64,000 nt of DNA from Lytechinus variegatus (taxonomy: Eukaryota): NCBI RefSeq assembly GCF_018143015.1, contig NC_054742.1, positions 73,577,736 to 73,641,735 of the forward strand, written 5' to 3'. The notes under the pieces are model-generated. The model was not told the DNA's origin. It saw only the letters and a list, made by a program, of their open reading frames with translations, and searched no databases. The position numbers and the translations under genes were made by a program. The first letter of the stretch is position 1. Every line of letters begins with the position of its first letter. Below, piece after piece: positions 49,822 through 62,820 of this stretch.

Positions 49822-52289
49822 GGTGCGTTTATTCGACACTTTTTTACCCTAGAATCATGATTAGAATCATGATTCAAATCACGATTCTGCAGAATCACGA
49901 TTGCGTTTAGTCGAAAGTGGAAATAAACGTCTTTCAAATCACAAACATGAAACACGGAAAAAGGGGCGTTTGGAAAGACGTTTCTGTAGAATCACGAACG
50001 AAAAGGGTCGTATAAACGATATCGTGATTTGAATCATGATTCTATGACGTCATTGTGTCGTGCTTCTTCCGGGTTCGACTCAAAGGCGCGCGCAGTGTTT
50101 CGTGCAGGTTAATTTTCGTGTAGCAGATTGCCAGTGTACTAGTACCGGTATATGCCAATTGTCATGTGCATTTAGGCATTTAGGATTATCATTCTGTGTA
50201 TTGTACCCCGGGGTTGTACTGTAGCGTCATTTGTATATTTCACTCAGGGTGACCAGATTTCACAAAATGAAATACGGGACAATTGACAAACGAAGATCAA
50301 CAAAGAAGCCCACACAAAGTGTGGGCTTCTGAGAATCCATAGCATAATTTTAAGACTTTTGAAAAAAAATATAAAGAATTAGAAGGGAAGGTGAACGAAA
50401 GAATGAAGGAGAGAAAGAAAGATGATTGGGAAGGAAAGAAAATAAAGGAAAACAGAAAAAATAACAGAAAGTTAGAATAAAAGGATGAAAGAAATAATAA
50501 AAGAGATAAAAAAAGGTTTCCGTCATTCTTTGAAATGAATATAGAAAGAAAGGAAGGGAAGATTAATAAATGTCTCGCAAAATAAAGGAGACAATTAAAG
50601 GGGGAAAGGTGAGAAAAAGAAGGAGGAAAGAAAGAATGAAGGAAATAAACATGTTTCCTTCATTCTTTGAAAGAAAGAAAGAAAGAAAATAAAAATAAGG
50701 GAAAAGAATAAGAAGGGGAAAATGAAGAAAGGAATAAAGAATGGAAAGGAAGAATGAAGGGGAAGAGAACGAAAAAATAGAAAATAATGGAAGGAGAGAA
50801 AGAACGAAAAGAAACAGGAGACGAAGAGAGAAGGAAGCCAAGGTAATTATAAGGAAAGAAAGAATGAAGGAAATAAAAAAGTATATTGGATAAAGAAGGA
50901 AAGAAAGAAAAATGAACAGAGAGAGAGAGAGAAAAGAAAATGTCGAGGAAAGAAAGATAGGAAATAAAGATAGATGGAACAAAAAAGGGCAAGCAGAAAG
51001 GATAGGGTATATAATTATAAAATAAAGATAAGGGAAAAGTTCAAACTTCAAGTAAACAAAAAATCCAATCATCTAATAAAAATCATAACTTTATTTGGTG
51101 TTTTTTTAAATGTATTTTTAAAATTTTAAACATAAAATGTTTTAGAAATGAATAAAATTTCAAAGTGAAACATATTGTCAAACTTAAAAATTAGATGAAA
51201 CATCGCGGCATCGTGCACACCAAGACTCAAAACGAAAGCTGAAACAACTAGATCTATGAAAAGTCAATAACATTTTCCTCCGATTACATCTCCAAATCAT
51301 TAAACTGAGAATCCATAGTATAATTTTAAGAATTTCCCGCCGATTTTGTGATTATTTTGGTGGAAAAAACTGTAAATCATGTGAGGTGTTTGCACCATTG
51401 AGAATTTGCTTCGATCCTCCATGCCTAGCTAGTAGCCTGCCACACACAGGCAGGAGGCCAGTTCGTTTGCAATGTATTAGCAAGAGATCATCGCAGAACT
51501 TGCAAAAGTTTACAGTTATCGATTTAATTGTTGTCCCTGCTTCGTCAGCTGTTGGTTATTTAATGAAAATTCGTCACTTTTAAATGTATTAACTACATTT
51601 TGTTCAATATTCTGAAATACGGGACAATCCCGGGAAATACGGGACGTCTGGTCACTGTTTTCATCAATACTGTCTTCAAGTTCCAAAGGCACAAATTGGA
51701 CTGACGACGAACTCAGGGCTCTGCTTGTGCTTTGGGCTCAGCCTGAAGCACAAGCATCCCTTACCGGGATTCATAGAAATATAAGACGATCTACGAGTCC
51801 CTTTCAGCGGCGCTTGCGAGGGAGGGATTTCAACGGAGATGTGGCACCGCCTGTCGAGACAAAATTAACAGAATTCGTGCCCAGTACTACGGCTACCGAA
51901 CACCATTTTTGATGAACCGACAAGACTGAATACAAGTAAACAAAAACAATACGAGGTACAATACACGGAATTCTGGAAGTAAAAGATTTATTTTTCGGAA
52001 GCCGAGTTGCACTTGCACAAACGATCGCGCGTTAGCTCCGGTGGCAGCAAAAATCTAGCAGCCGACGTGAAGTTAGAAACACGCGCGAAAATGTTGACCT
52101 ATACTTCCTGGGTCAAACTGCGCACTGTGATGCGCACTGGATCGGCCCGAATTCAGGGAGAAACAGCGTTAGAAAGATGGTCGTATAAACGCTGATTCTG
52201 TCGGATCGTGATTCATGTTGCTGTTTTGAATCATGATTCAAATCGTGATTCCAATCATGATTCTGGGTTGAGGTCGCATAAACGCAGCC
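49822..52289. mobile_element. ~2.5-kb composite TIR element (nested inverted repeats, GA satellite, Myb/SANT-like ORF remnant)
   Basis: Outer TIRs are gggtgcgtttattcgac...gaatcatgattcaaatcacgattc (49822) versus gaatcatgattcaaatcgtgattccaatcatgattc...gtcgcataaacgcagcc (52289). Inner inverted pair is gtgaccagatttcacaaaatgaaatacgggac (about 50246) versus gaaatacgggacgtctggtcac (about 51633). The ORF remnant at 51664..51912 reads ...GTNWTDDELRALLVLWAQPEAQASLTGIHRNIRR..., a W-x-DDE-x-x-ALL-x-x-W pattern typical of Myb/SANT-like (MADF-type) domains. Confidence 0.5.
50370..51040. repeat. GA-rich (GAAAGA/GGAAG)n satellite inside the composite element
   Basis: About 670 bp is nearly pure purine on the + strand. 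It is flanked by direct repeats tgagaatccatagyataattttaaga at about 50328 and 51308. Confidence 0.85.
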
Positions 52290-52722
52290 TAGATGACACG
52301 ACATTTGCTCTTCCAAAATTTGCTTCTGCGACATTTGCTCCGGCTTTAATATCTCAGAAGGCATAGGGTTAGAGTTAAGATTGTAATTTAGTTTATAATT
52401 ATGAATAATGTAAAGATAAGGATTAGGCCTAGGGTTAATTTATTTTCGGAGTTTAGGTTTAATGTTAGACCCCCTGCTGAAAACCGATTACGCCAAACAT
52501 TGCTAACTCATTTTGATACCATACTCAAGTCAAGGAAGTCGGTTAGACTTCATGTAACCATACAATGTCTTAATTTGAAACCATGACTAGTGTCCGATCT
52601 GTCACCAACACTTGTCTTTTCTCACTTCTGTTTGTATTTGTGGTTCATGTGGCTTTATTCAGCCATCTACATATAGACACGTTCACCAGGTACAATGTAA
52701 GTGGCAGACATACCCATCCCAG

Positions 52723-53338
52723 GGCATGCTTAAAGGACAAGTCCACCCCAACAAAAACTTCATTTGAATAAATGTAGAAAACTTCAACAGGGGTAATACT
52801 GAAAATTTCATCAAAATCAGATTAAAAATAAGAAAATTTATGGCATTTTAAAGTTTCGCTTATTGTCAACAAAATAGTTATATGAACGAGCCAGTTACAT
52901 CCAAATGAGAGAGTTGATGACATCACTCACTCACTATTTCTTTTGTATTTTATTATATGAAATATGAAATACTTTTATTTTCTCATCATTGTCATGTGAA
53001 ATAAGGTTTCATTCCTCCCTGAACACATGGAATTCCATTATTTTAACATTTTGTGCTTCAGGCAAGGAGGTCCTAATCGTCAAATTCGTAAAAAATTGAA
53101 ATATTGTATAATTCAAACAAAAAACAAAAGAAATAGTGAGTGAGTGACATCATCGACTCTCTCATTTGGATGTAACTGGCTCGCTCATATAACTATTTTG
53201 TTGAAAATAAGCGAAACTTTGAAATGTCATAAATTTCTTATTTTCAATCTGATTTTGATGAAATTTTCAGTATTATGCTTGTTGAATTTTTCTACATTTA
53301 TTCAAAACAACATTTTTCTGAGGTGGACTTGACCTTTA
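52723..53338. mobile_element. foldback MITE family A, copy 4
   Basis: Ends are AAGGACAAGTCCACC ... GGTGGACTTGACCTT, with flanks ttA|AAGG and CCTT|TAAgg. Confidence 0.75.
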
Positions 53339-53436
53339 AGGGGTCTCCAGGTCCAAAGTACCGGTACTGTTACCCTGTCCATAGGTAGATGGCTGTGCAG
53401 ACCCTTTTACCCAAGGAACATAGTGCAGCCTATAGC

Positions 53437-54618
53437 CCGGGGGGGGGGCACTTTCATTGATGAGTGGATACTGTGCGTGACCATGGGGTCTCGAAAAGCA
53501 CCCTAAACAAGTATTTTCCATATTCTGAAAATGTACCCCTTTACACAAGTATTGGCCTGTGAAACCCTACCCTTAAGAAGTATTGGAAACAAAACGATAA
53601 ACAAGTACAGCAATATTTTGATTGTTGTATGTCACAGACTTTGGTCGTCGGTTTTACCTTTACCTACATTATTGGGTTTAGTACGGCCCCACCTCCCACA
53701 CCTCGCGCAAAAAGTACATCCTTTATAAACCATTTTAGTCTTTTATACACTCTAATTTGACCCTTATTACTTAATTAGCTTTCCTAGTGAAATAGATGCT
53801 CTTTTTCTCATTATTTTAGTGTTTTTGGCACCCTCATTATGTTACGTACGTAAAGTGCCCTATCTTGAAAAAGACATCCTTTTAGAATACATGTATTTTT
53901 GGTTGCGCATGGTATCCACTCGTCAATACGAGCCCCCCCCCCCCCCCCACCTGCCCTGCCTAAAGCCCCTTGCAGTGACTTTTGCACACTACGGCCCTCT
54001 CGCTCAAGACAACAAGTTGTATTTGTGCTAGTCTTGTGTCAAGGCCCACTGGTTGGTACTGGTTGTGTCCCGGGGGGGCCACTTACATTGACGAGTGGAT
54101 ACCATGCGCGACCAAAAAAACACGTAAAAAGGATGTCTTTTTCACGATAGGGCACGTTACGTACGTAACGTGATAAGGGTGTCAAAAACACAAAAATAAT
54201 GAAAAAAGGGTATCGATTTCGCTAGGAAAATTACGTGTTTAGGGTCAAATTTGCGAGGATGATAAAACAAAATTAAAATGTTTTATTAAGGATGTCCTTT
54301 TTGCGCCAACACTTCGTGTTTAGAGTCCGATTTGCACGAGGTGTAGAAGGTGGGGTCCTACTAAACCAAATAAGGTAAAGCCGACGACCGAAGGACCCGT
54401 AACAATAAAACGTTCCTGTACTTGTTTAGGGGTTCATTCAGGGAATATTTGCCAAGAGTATCGTTTTGTTTCCAATACTTGTTAAGGGTAGGGTTTCACA
54501 CGCCCATACTTGTTAAGGGGTGCATTTTCAGAATATGGAAATTACGTGTTTAGGGTGCTTTTCGAGACCCCATGGTCGCGCATGGTATCCACTCGTGAAT
54601 GGAAGTGGCCCCCCCGGG
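53437..54618. mobile_element. ~1.2-kb nested foldback (long inverted repeat) centred on GTTACGTACGTAAC
   Basis: The left arm (cactttcattgatgagtggatactgtgcgtgaccatggggtctcgaaaagcaccctaaacaagtattttccatattctgaaaatg...) is the reverse complement of the right arm (...cattttcagaatatggaaattacgtgtttagggtgcttttcgagaccccatggtcgcgcatggtatccactcgtgaatggaagtg). An inner inverted pair is atgttacgtacgtaaagtgccctatcttgaaaaagacatcc / ggatgtctttttcacgatagggcacgttacgtacgtaacgtg. C/G homopolymers sit at the arm bases. Confidence 0.7.
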
Positions 54619-55707
54619 GATTCAGTCAGGTTCTGCACCTCAGATTAGGTCATAGACCAGCAGATGACCTTATGTGCTTCAAAACTTGATCCTGGGGGGT
54701 AGTCAGTCTTGGGAAAAGCATGAATAGACACCCAGGACACTATGCGATGCGATTGCACTAAGATCCGATCGCAACAAAGTCGCAGAGTGTGCGCCAACCT
54801 GCAAATGCCTTGCAGGTGTGAGACTGAGTCTTCTGCGAGTTTGATTCTTTGAGCCAGTCAGGTTTGTCCTAGACAGTGACGTCACGACCAATCAGTCGCA
54901 CTGCTGCTGCATAGACAACATAGGCCTACACGTAAAGACGAGATGCCATGGAGATGAAATTGCGTTGGGTCGCATCGTATGCGCTGGGCTTACAAGTGAC
55001 TAATTGTAACCTCTCTTTTGTGAATACTGTCTAATGTAACCTGCGTGGATCCACAGTCCATTGTAATGTGAATTGGATTAGTATGACTTTGTGTTTCGTA
55101 ATCCAGGGACAGACTATGATGCAGCTTTGTATGTTGTGCATCTTCACCATGTAAAGACATGCCTTGATCTGTAACCTGTGGTTATGGCCTGCCCCCCTGA
55201 GCAGACCAATATACGTGACATAATATGGTACTGTTCAGCAATCCCTGCTTTACTTTAATCCTGGTTTGGTGAATCATAGCACTCAAATCTGTGTTCTCAG
55301 TACATCAAATCTCTTCAAACTTGGATAGGTCCCTGCCAAAGTTCTGGAAATTAAGGAGAAGAAAAATTCTTTCAGGGAACTCTGGCAGAATTTATATATG
55401 TTTTTTGTCCCTGGATTGGTTTGAAACCTTTTTTTTCAGAGAAATATTTCAAATCTTTGCATAAGAAGGCCAAAGCGTCCTTTGAGTTTGGTCCTTCACA
55501 TTTAGCAAGTGGTTTTTTTTTCCTTTTCTCTACAAATTAACATTAAAGCTTGTGAGTTCTACCAGAGCTTTTCAAAAGACTGACTCCAATTTTTCCCCAA
55601 AAGATAATCCATTTGCTCAGACTGTGAAAACAATATGATTTTAATGAGATCCTCACCCCTTCTCTCTTAATAGGGAGCATTCCATGATACAAATAATTAG
55701 TAAATTT

Positions 55708-55810
55708 TCACAGACTGTTTTTTATAAGCTACTGAAATCCTTGCATCCGATTGGCTATGATCAAATTTGTCAGTGAAAGTCACTGACAAAGCTCTTTGTG
55801 AAACACCCCC
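55708..55810. mobile_element. MITE family D copy
   Basis: The core is ataagctactgaaatccttgcatccgattggctatgatc and the end is ctttgtgaaacaccccc. Confidence 0.55.
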
Positions 55811-56986
55811 TCCCCCAGGTGCATGACAAATGAAATTTTCTATACCACACTGGTGTGGTTTACACAAAATTAAAGATGATCTCTTTAATCTCTTCTGTCT
55901 GCTGTCTAGCAAAACCATATGAAATGTATTTATTCCGTCTGCCCACAGCCCCACCATTTGGTGAGCTGGGCCCGGTATCACAAAGCTTGGCAATCGATCG
56001 CAGGACTACTAGTTTTTATGATTCATCATACACAATAATCAATGCAATCGATCATAAAAACCAGCCCTTGATCAATCGCTTACCTCTATGTTACGGGGGC
56101 CTTGGTGTACCTTTCACAGATTAATATGGTAGATGGTGTGATAGGTCAATTCTCTAAGGCTGGTATTCTCAAAAGATGTTTCAATAGTACCATGGTACAA
56201 AACGAGGGACTATGCAGATATCTAACCCTTTGCCAGAAGCGTGCATTCTACTGATGAAATTAGCAAGATTACATGAAAATAAAATCTTCATAGTCCATGG
56301 TTTTGTATCAAGGTACAACTTCTTTGGAGAATAGGGGCCTGCTGCGTGTGTATGTGTAAAGTTAATTAGGGGAGGAAGAAGGGGAACAGGTTGTCCCCAT
56401 CGGGTTAGGGGGCAAGAGGGGTAAATGGTTATTATGTCATCGTCGAGGGTTGTCTGTTGAAGTACTTGGAAAATGATTTTGAGAGCCAAAGGTAAGAAAG
56501 GAAGACATGATTCACATCCTTGACTCACCGAGCAGGTTGACAGTTGCCATGGTAACCCAATGAAGTTTTGAAATGTATCCCAGAATGCTCAGAGGAGACA
56601 TGTCCCACTTCTGGCTTGCTTTTTACCTGACTTTGTCATTTGAGATGTTGATGAAATCCATGATTAGCACTGTGCCACAAGTAGCCTCATTTTCTTTCCT
56701 GCGCAAATCGTATAAAATAATTCACATATTTCACAAAAGATTAAAAGTGATTAATCCTGGGAGAAAATTAACAAGAGAAACAGACTGGCACTTCAAGCAC
56801 CTATAGTTGGTACAGTGTGTTGTGGTGACACAACATTTGCTTTCTGTAACAATTGCTCATGGCCTTATTTTGTCTATTATGTATAGTTAGGGTTGCAATT
56901 GGGATTTATGTTATGTTTAGTGCTAGGTTTAGTGTAGGTATAAATCCAGGGTTGAAATTAGACCTTCGATAAGTGAGTGGAATTTG

Positions 56987-57506
56987 AAGGTCAAGTCGGG
57001 TGTGAAATAAGAAAGTTATGACATTTTAAAGTTTTGCTTGTTTTTCAGAAAAAAGTGATATATGCACAACTCGAATGAGACAGTCGATGATGCCCTTCAC
57101 TCACTATTTCTTTTGTTTTTTATTGTTTGAATTATACAATATCTAATTTCTTATAGATTTGACAATAAGGACCAACTTGACTGAATCAAATATAGTATTA
57201 AACAATGCTGATTCTACATGTTCAGGGAGGGATTAATAGTTGTTTCACTTGACAATGAGGAGAAAAATATAAAAATAGAATATTCCCTATTTCAAATAAT
57301 AAAACAGTGAGTGGATGACATCAGTCTCCTCATTTGCATACCCACCAGGATATTCTAATAACTGTTCTTTTTAATTAAGCAAAACTTTAGAATGTCATAA
57401 CTTTCTTATTATACATCCGATTTTGATGAAATTTTCAGTGTTATGCTTGTTGGATTTTTCTCTTTTTATTCAAATCAACTTTTTGTTGGGGTGGACTTGT
57501 CCTTTA
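56987..57506. mobile_element. foldback MITE family A, copy 5
   Basis: Ends are AAGGTCAAGTCGGG ... GGGTGGACTTGTCCTT|TAAtaa. Confidence 0.7.
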
Positions 57507-57727
57507 ATAACAGAGCAAATATCAGGCAATCAATGTTGTAGGTTGGGAACTATTGGGTCCCCCTCTTATATTGCTTATATCGTTTTGGCTAACATCCCTT
57601 TTCCCTTTTTAATTCCTGTCACTGTTTTTTGATTATCTGTCTTGTGTTTTAACAAAAAAAATTTAGTACTGATGAGAACAATTATCAGCAGTTGCGGCAA
57701 TCTATCTAGAAATCTGAGGTGCACTGT

Positions 57728-57945
57728 TATTATTACCCTGGCTTAAGCCTAAGCTGCCTTCCAGCGCTCGGTGCATTCATGGAATTGAACCTGCCGGGTA
57801 CCCATTCACCTCACCTGGGTTGAGTGAAGCACAATGTGGATAAATTTCTTGCTGAATGAAAACACACCATCACTGAGATTCGAGCCCACCCACGACCCTC
57901 TTTTTTAAAGTCCAGAGACTCAACCACTGGGCCACAGTGCTCTAA
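57728..57945 (-). mobile_element. tRNA-derived SINE, copy 4
   Basis: This is a reverse-complement copy. Confidence 0.75.
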
Positions 57946-59840
57946 CGCTAATGTGGTTGTTTTCATTTTTGGCCCTATTTTATCTCTTTAATTGTCTTGT
58001 GTATTCTGTACTTGAGCTCTAACCCATTCAAATCCCATGCATTCTTCAGACACCAAACCCTAAACCATTATTACAGTTCCTTGATGACTACTGAAATATG
58101 TACTAATTGCTTCTTCATTCTCGCTCTAATTGAGCGGACAGAAGTGAAAACGAAACAGCCGACATCTAGTTAATGCCAATTTCAGAAATGAAGTCCTCTC
58201 AGAAGTGCCGATATAGAGGCTTGATTGACTGATTGCCAGTTGATAGGCTCGTTGAGAAATTGTACAGTCATCGACAAAATGAAAATAAACTCATTGCTGC
58301 ATTCATTTCATAGGTGTTAACTGCTTACTACTACCATTATATTTTTTTTTGTTCAAATATAAAAATTGATATTTGGAGGAGAATACAAATCATGCTTTTA
58401 ACCTTTTTTCATCCCCAAAATGGTTGAGTTTGTTGATGTCTATTTTGTTTTCAAAGGATAGGTTCAGTTGTGAAATTTTTGTGAAAGCTAATTTAAAATA
58501 AATGACACAAAACTGATTAAAATAGTCCTGAATCACCCAAGGTCCATGCAAGAGATTATCATGACATTGTTTAATAGTTAAAGGCTTGTTATAATTACAA
58601 ATGCACAATTTTTATAACTAACTTATATTACTTTCAGCCAATCAAGTTGGAAGATTTCAGTAGCTTTTAAAGTGTTTTCGGCAAATTTGTTGTTGTAGCA
58701 AGTTGTTCTTAACAGGGGGCCCCTGGGTTAGGAAAGCGATGGTGATAGCGTGCAGATCAGTTGGCCAGTCCACAAATGACATACATGTATCATAGATATC
58801 AGTATTTTCTTATATACTACAATAAAAACATCAGGTGTTAGAACAATGGGTTTGGATGTATGACATAGTGCAATGCATCGTCATCATCCTACTAGAGGTC
58901 CTGAATCCAAAAATAGCAGAAACAGAATTGTCCAAATAAAGAACAACCATTTAGATCTATTTATGGCATATACATGTAGGCCTATTAATATTAACACCTA
59001 CACAATAAAAAAAACAGGTATTTTCTGATCAGGTATTTTGCCAGTGTGAAAGCGCTGTAATAGTGATATGACCAAAAACAAATGTCCAGATGCAAAATGA
59101 TGACTTTAATATTATTAGACTTTCTCAGGGATTTTTCCAAGAACATACTATCAGCTGTATTGCAAGGAATTTTTTTTTAATGAAAGAAGTCATATTCATC
59201 TTCGGTTCTTGTGTAATTAGTAATTGATAGATTCTAAAATGACACAAAGAACTGAGGAAACGAATGCTTGAAACTGAATATTTATCATACAGCTCTGTAC
59301 TACTTTTGTGAATTTTCTTTGATTCTGTTTCTGCTTCTGAAGCGAATGGATTTGTAATTGAACTCTTTAGTAATAATCTAAAATGTAATCAAACTTTCAT
59401 GCTCATGGATAAATGCAGTCCTTGCTCTCAGCATTTTCCACATGAAAGCTTGAAGTGGAAAAGGTCAACAATCCAATAATTCACACTGGATATTGACTAA
59501 TATTTTGAAGTGATGATGAGGAAACGATTGCATGTACATTGACAGATCAGAGGCAACAAGCTGGGAGACATACTCCATAAGTAGGCCAGGGTTTTTATCA
59601 GGATATAGCATTAAATGAGATAAAATACCTGGCCTCCGTACAAATATATTTTGGATTTGAGCTGTGATGTTGGTGCTTACCTGTTTAGAAGATATGCAGT
59701 ATGCATTTAGAGCTCTGGAGAATGTAAGCATTTATTTTCTGTGAATAGGGTAATATTGATTTAAATATCTGTTTCAAATTTTCTGTGGAGTGGGGTTTAT
59801 TTTTTGTTTCCATCATAATTGCAATATATACACAGCAAAA

Positions 59841-60056
59841 ACTGGTGTTAAACGGTGTACATAGAGGACCACACCAGTTATTTTACACCGGTGTTAAATT
59901 GGTGGTGTTTCTTTTACACCTATAGGTATTATTACAACACCTTTGGTTGTTACATTTACACTCTTTGGTGATATGTTCAATCTCTAGGGTGTAATTTTAA
60001 CACCTCAGGGTGTGGTCCTCTATTAACACCAATTGGTGTCAGTTTTAACACCACAG
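59841..60056. mobile_element. MITE built from ggtgttaaa / tttaacacc subrepeats (TIR tagaggaccacacc)
   Basis: It contains the inverted pair catagaggaccacaccagtt ... ctgaggtgtggtcctctat and repeated ggtgttaaa / ttaacacc units. Confidence 0.6.
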
Positions 60057-62820
60057 TTTTTACAGTGTAGGCCTATTTGGAAAAAATGATACATCAAGAA
60101 TAGCAATAACGGAATGAAGTAAATATTCATTGTAAATTGGATATACCTAAAGAAACATCTTTAAGAGGAAATGATAAGGTCATATAGTGAAATATAAAAT
60201 GGCATGTCCAAAAAGCAGATATTCACCTTCACCTTGCATAACTAACATTGATGATTGATTCCTGGAAAAAAAAAACAGAAGTGAATTGAGTTTTTTATGA
60301 ATTATTAAATTCATTTGGTCAAGTGCTATACTTTTTCATTCATTCTGTCCATCATTTATTTAAAAAAAAAAACAGGCCTCGGAGTGATCAGAATAATGTC
60401 TTCTATATTTTAGAGTGTTTTTTTTCTCTAAATTCCACTCTACAAAGTACGAAATCAATTTTTTCAATGCGGTCACTCACAGGCCCGAAGAATAGAAAGC
60501 TATATTTAGAATTTTCAGGCTAAAAAGAGAACGATCAAATTAGTTTTATCCTACTCTCTGTTGGAGAGAAATAATCATCAAATGAAAGCCTATTTGCCAT
60601 TAATTTATTATTTCCACAATTATTCAGTATTTGGTCAAATATTTTCCGATTTATTAAGTCTAGACCAACCCCCAGCCGGAGAGGAAATACTAAGTAGCTT
60701 TTCCCTTCCAATGACCAAACTGCAATCCCTTCCTTTATAAAAAAGGGTAATATTTTTCATTTAATTTTAAACCTAAATAAAAAAAATTGTTTGAAAGGTA
60801 GGAGAAAAATCCACACAAGTTGCTTTAAAAATTTGACCGGTTTCAGCTTGCCCAGTGCCTGTTGCGGTCCCTCAAAGGCGCCTGCTGGTAGTTCTAGTAA
60901 TATGTTGATTATTGTATTATATACTAAGATTTGTCTTTTTTCTGTATTAAATTTTATTGCCCTGCCTTTTCTTGTTAAAGGCAAGTGTCCTGGTGATATA
61001 TTGTGCAGATTTGCAAATAAAGTGATGATATAAAAAAAATGGGTTTAAGTTGATAAGACCCATACTGTTAAATCAGTTCAATATCAAGAATCAAATATTT
61101 CCAACAACATATTAAAGTAAGTGGCATATGAAGTTACCGTGATGATTAATCTTTTCTGATAGCTTGTGTTAAATTAAGATAGTTGTAAACAAGTGCAAAA
61201 TTTAATCTGTAGCTGAAAGTTTGTGAATGCAATGCAATTATTTATTTATTTATCTATTCATTCATTTATTTTGTTTGTTCATTTGTTCCTTTGGTCGTTC
61301 TTCCTTCGTTCGTTCATTTATTTATTAATTTATAGTGGTGAATGTGAATGAGATAATGTATAGCAACTGTGCTTATAGACAAGTAGGCAATACTTCAATC
61401 TACTTAATTATAAAGAAAAGTAGATCTATTTGAAAATTAGGGAAAAAATAAAAGCTTGTTGTTGACAAGATATGCTTTTCACACTGCATTTCCTTAACCC
61501 CATCCATACTATCTTTTGTTTTGTTTCACACTGTCTTTCTTAACCCCATAGTATTTGCTTAGCCGGAGTTAACGCCTTAACCCCTGACTATTGCACAGCT
61601 CATGAATATTGATGATTAATGTGTAATTTTGACTTTTGTGAATGGCTAATGCTTAGCCCCACTTTTCCTTGGCCTGGTTTCGTTTCACACTGCATCTCTT
61701 AGCACTGCAATTTTTGTGCTAGCACCACAATATGCTGGCTAACCCTGCTTTTTTACAGAGCCAGATAGTACCGTACTATTTACCGTGCTAGCCTACTTTG
61801 CTGAAACATAGTATGAAATCAAAGTGGGCTAAGCTGAACCCTGGGAAATTGGTGGAAAATATGTGCAGTGTGAAAAGCATATATGATTGTTATGTAGCCT
61901 CTACAGTCTTTACCACAAACAAAGATCTCAAATATTTATACGGTCACTCACCCTTGTTTGAAACTAGATATATCAGTTCTATCAAACGAAGAAGCTTAAT
62001 CTCTTATCCTCTAAGCTGTTTTTTGTGTATTATGAGATTGTTGTTTTGTGTAGGTCAGATTACCAATATCAATATTGTCTTTAAATAGTAGTATCATTCT
62101 ATCAGTTGAATGCTTTTAGTCATAGGATTTAATCCCCTGCGATTGTCCCCACTCTGTATTTGAGGTTGATGCAACTCTGAATGATTTTGTTCATAATTTT
62201 GATGAAATATTCAACATTTTGCATGGCAAATTTAACTCTTTTCATTAAATTATTTTTAGTCCATATAGTACTTTTTTGTAATGTTCAGCATGGAGTAACC
62301 TTTTTCAAAATAAAAATTTCAGTGAATTATATTTTTTCCATTGTTTTGAAAGATGTTAGAAAAATGTTGCTATTGTGAGGCAGACCTAGTCATCCAGGGG
62401 AACATTTCCGAAAAGAACATGTCAGGTGATTTATCCGATAAAATTTTTTTTTTCATCTGGCGTTAACATAGGAACTGTGCTTCTCAGCCAATAAAAATCA
62501 TGGAAAGATGTCAGATCTGATAACTTTTCGGGTGAAAAATTTGGATGATACCCCCCTCCCCACCCCCGGCCAGGCTGATTTTTTTTATAAAGAGTTTTGA
62601 CTGTGGTAACTTTACCATAATGGCAACTCTCATGGTACCAGGGCTTAGCAGTCAATCACCGTCAACATCTCAATGTAACAAAGTTACAACAATGGGGGAG
62701 GGGCCGAAAGGGGGTCGAGAAGTTGAAGACCTTATTTTTTTTGCTTGTTAATTTTCTTTAGCGACGCGATTTTGCCCCCCCCCCCCCCCGCCTCGTCTTT
62801 CATTATGAAGGGCGTGGTTC

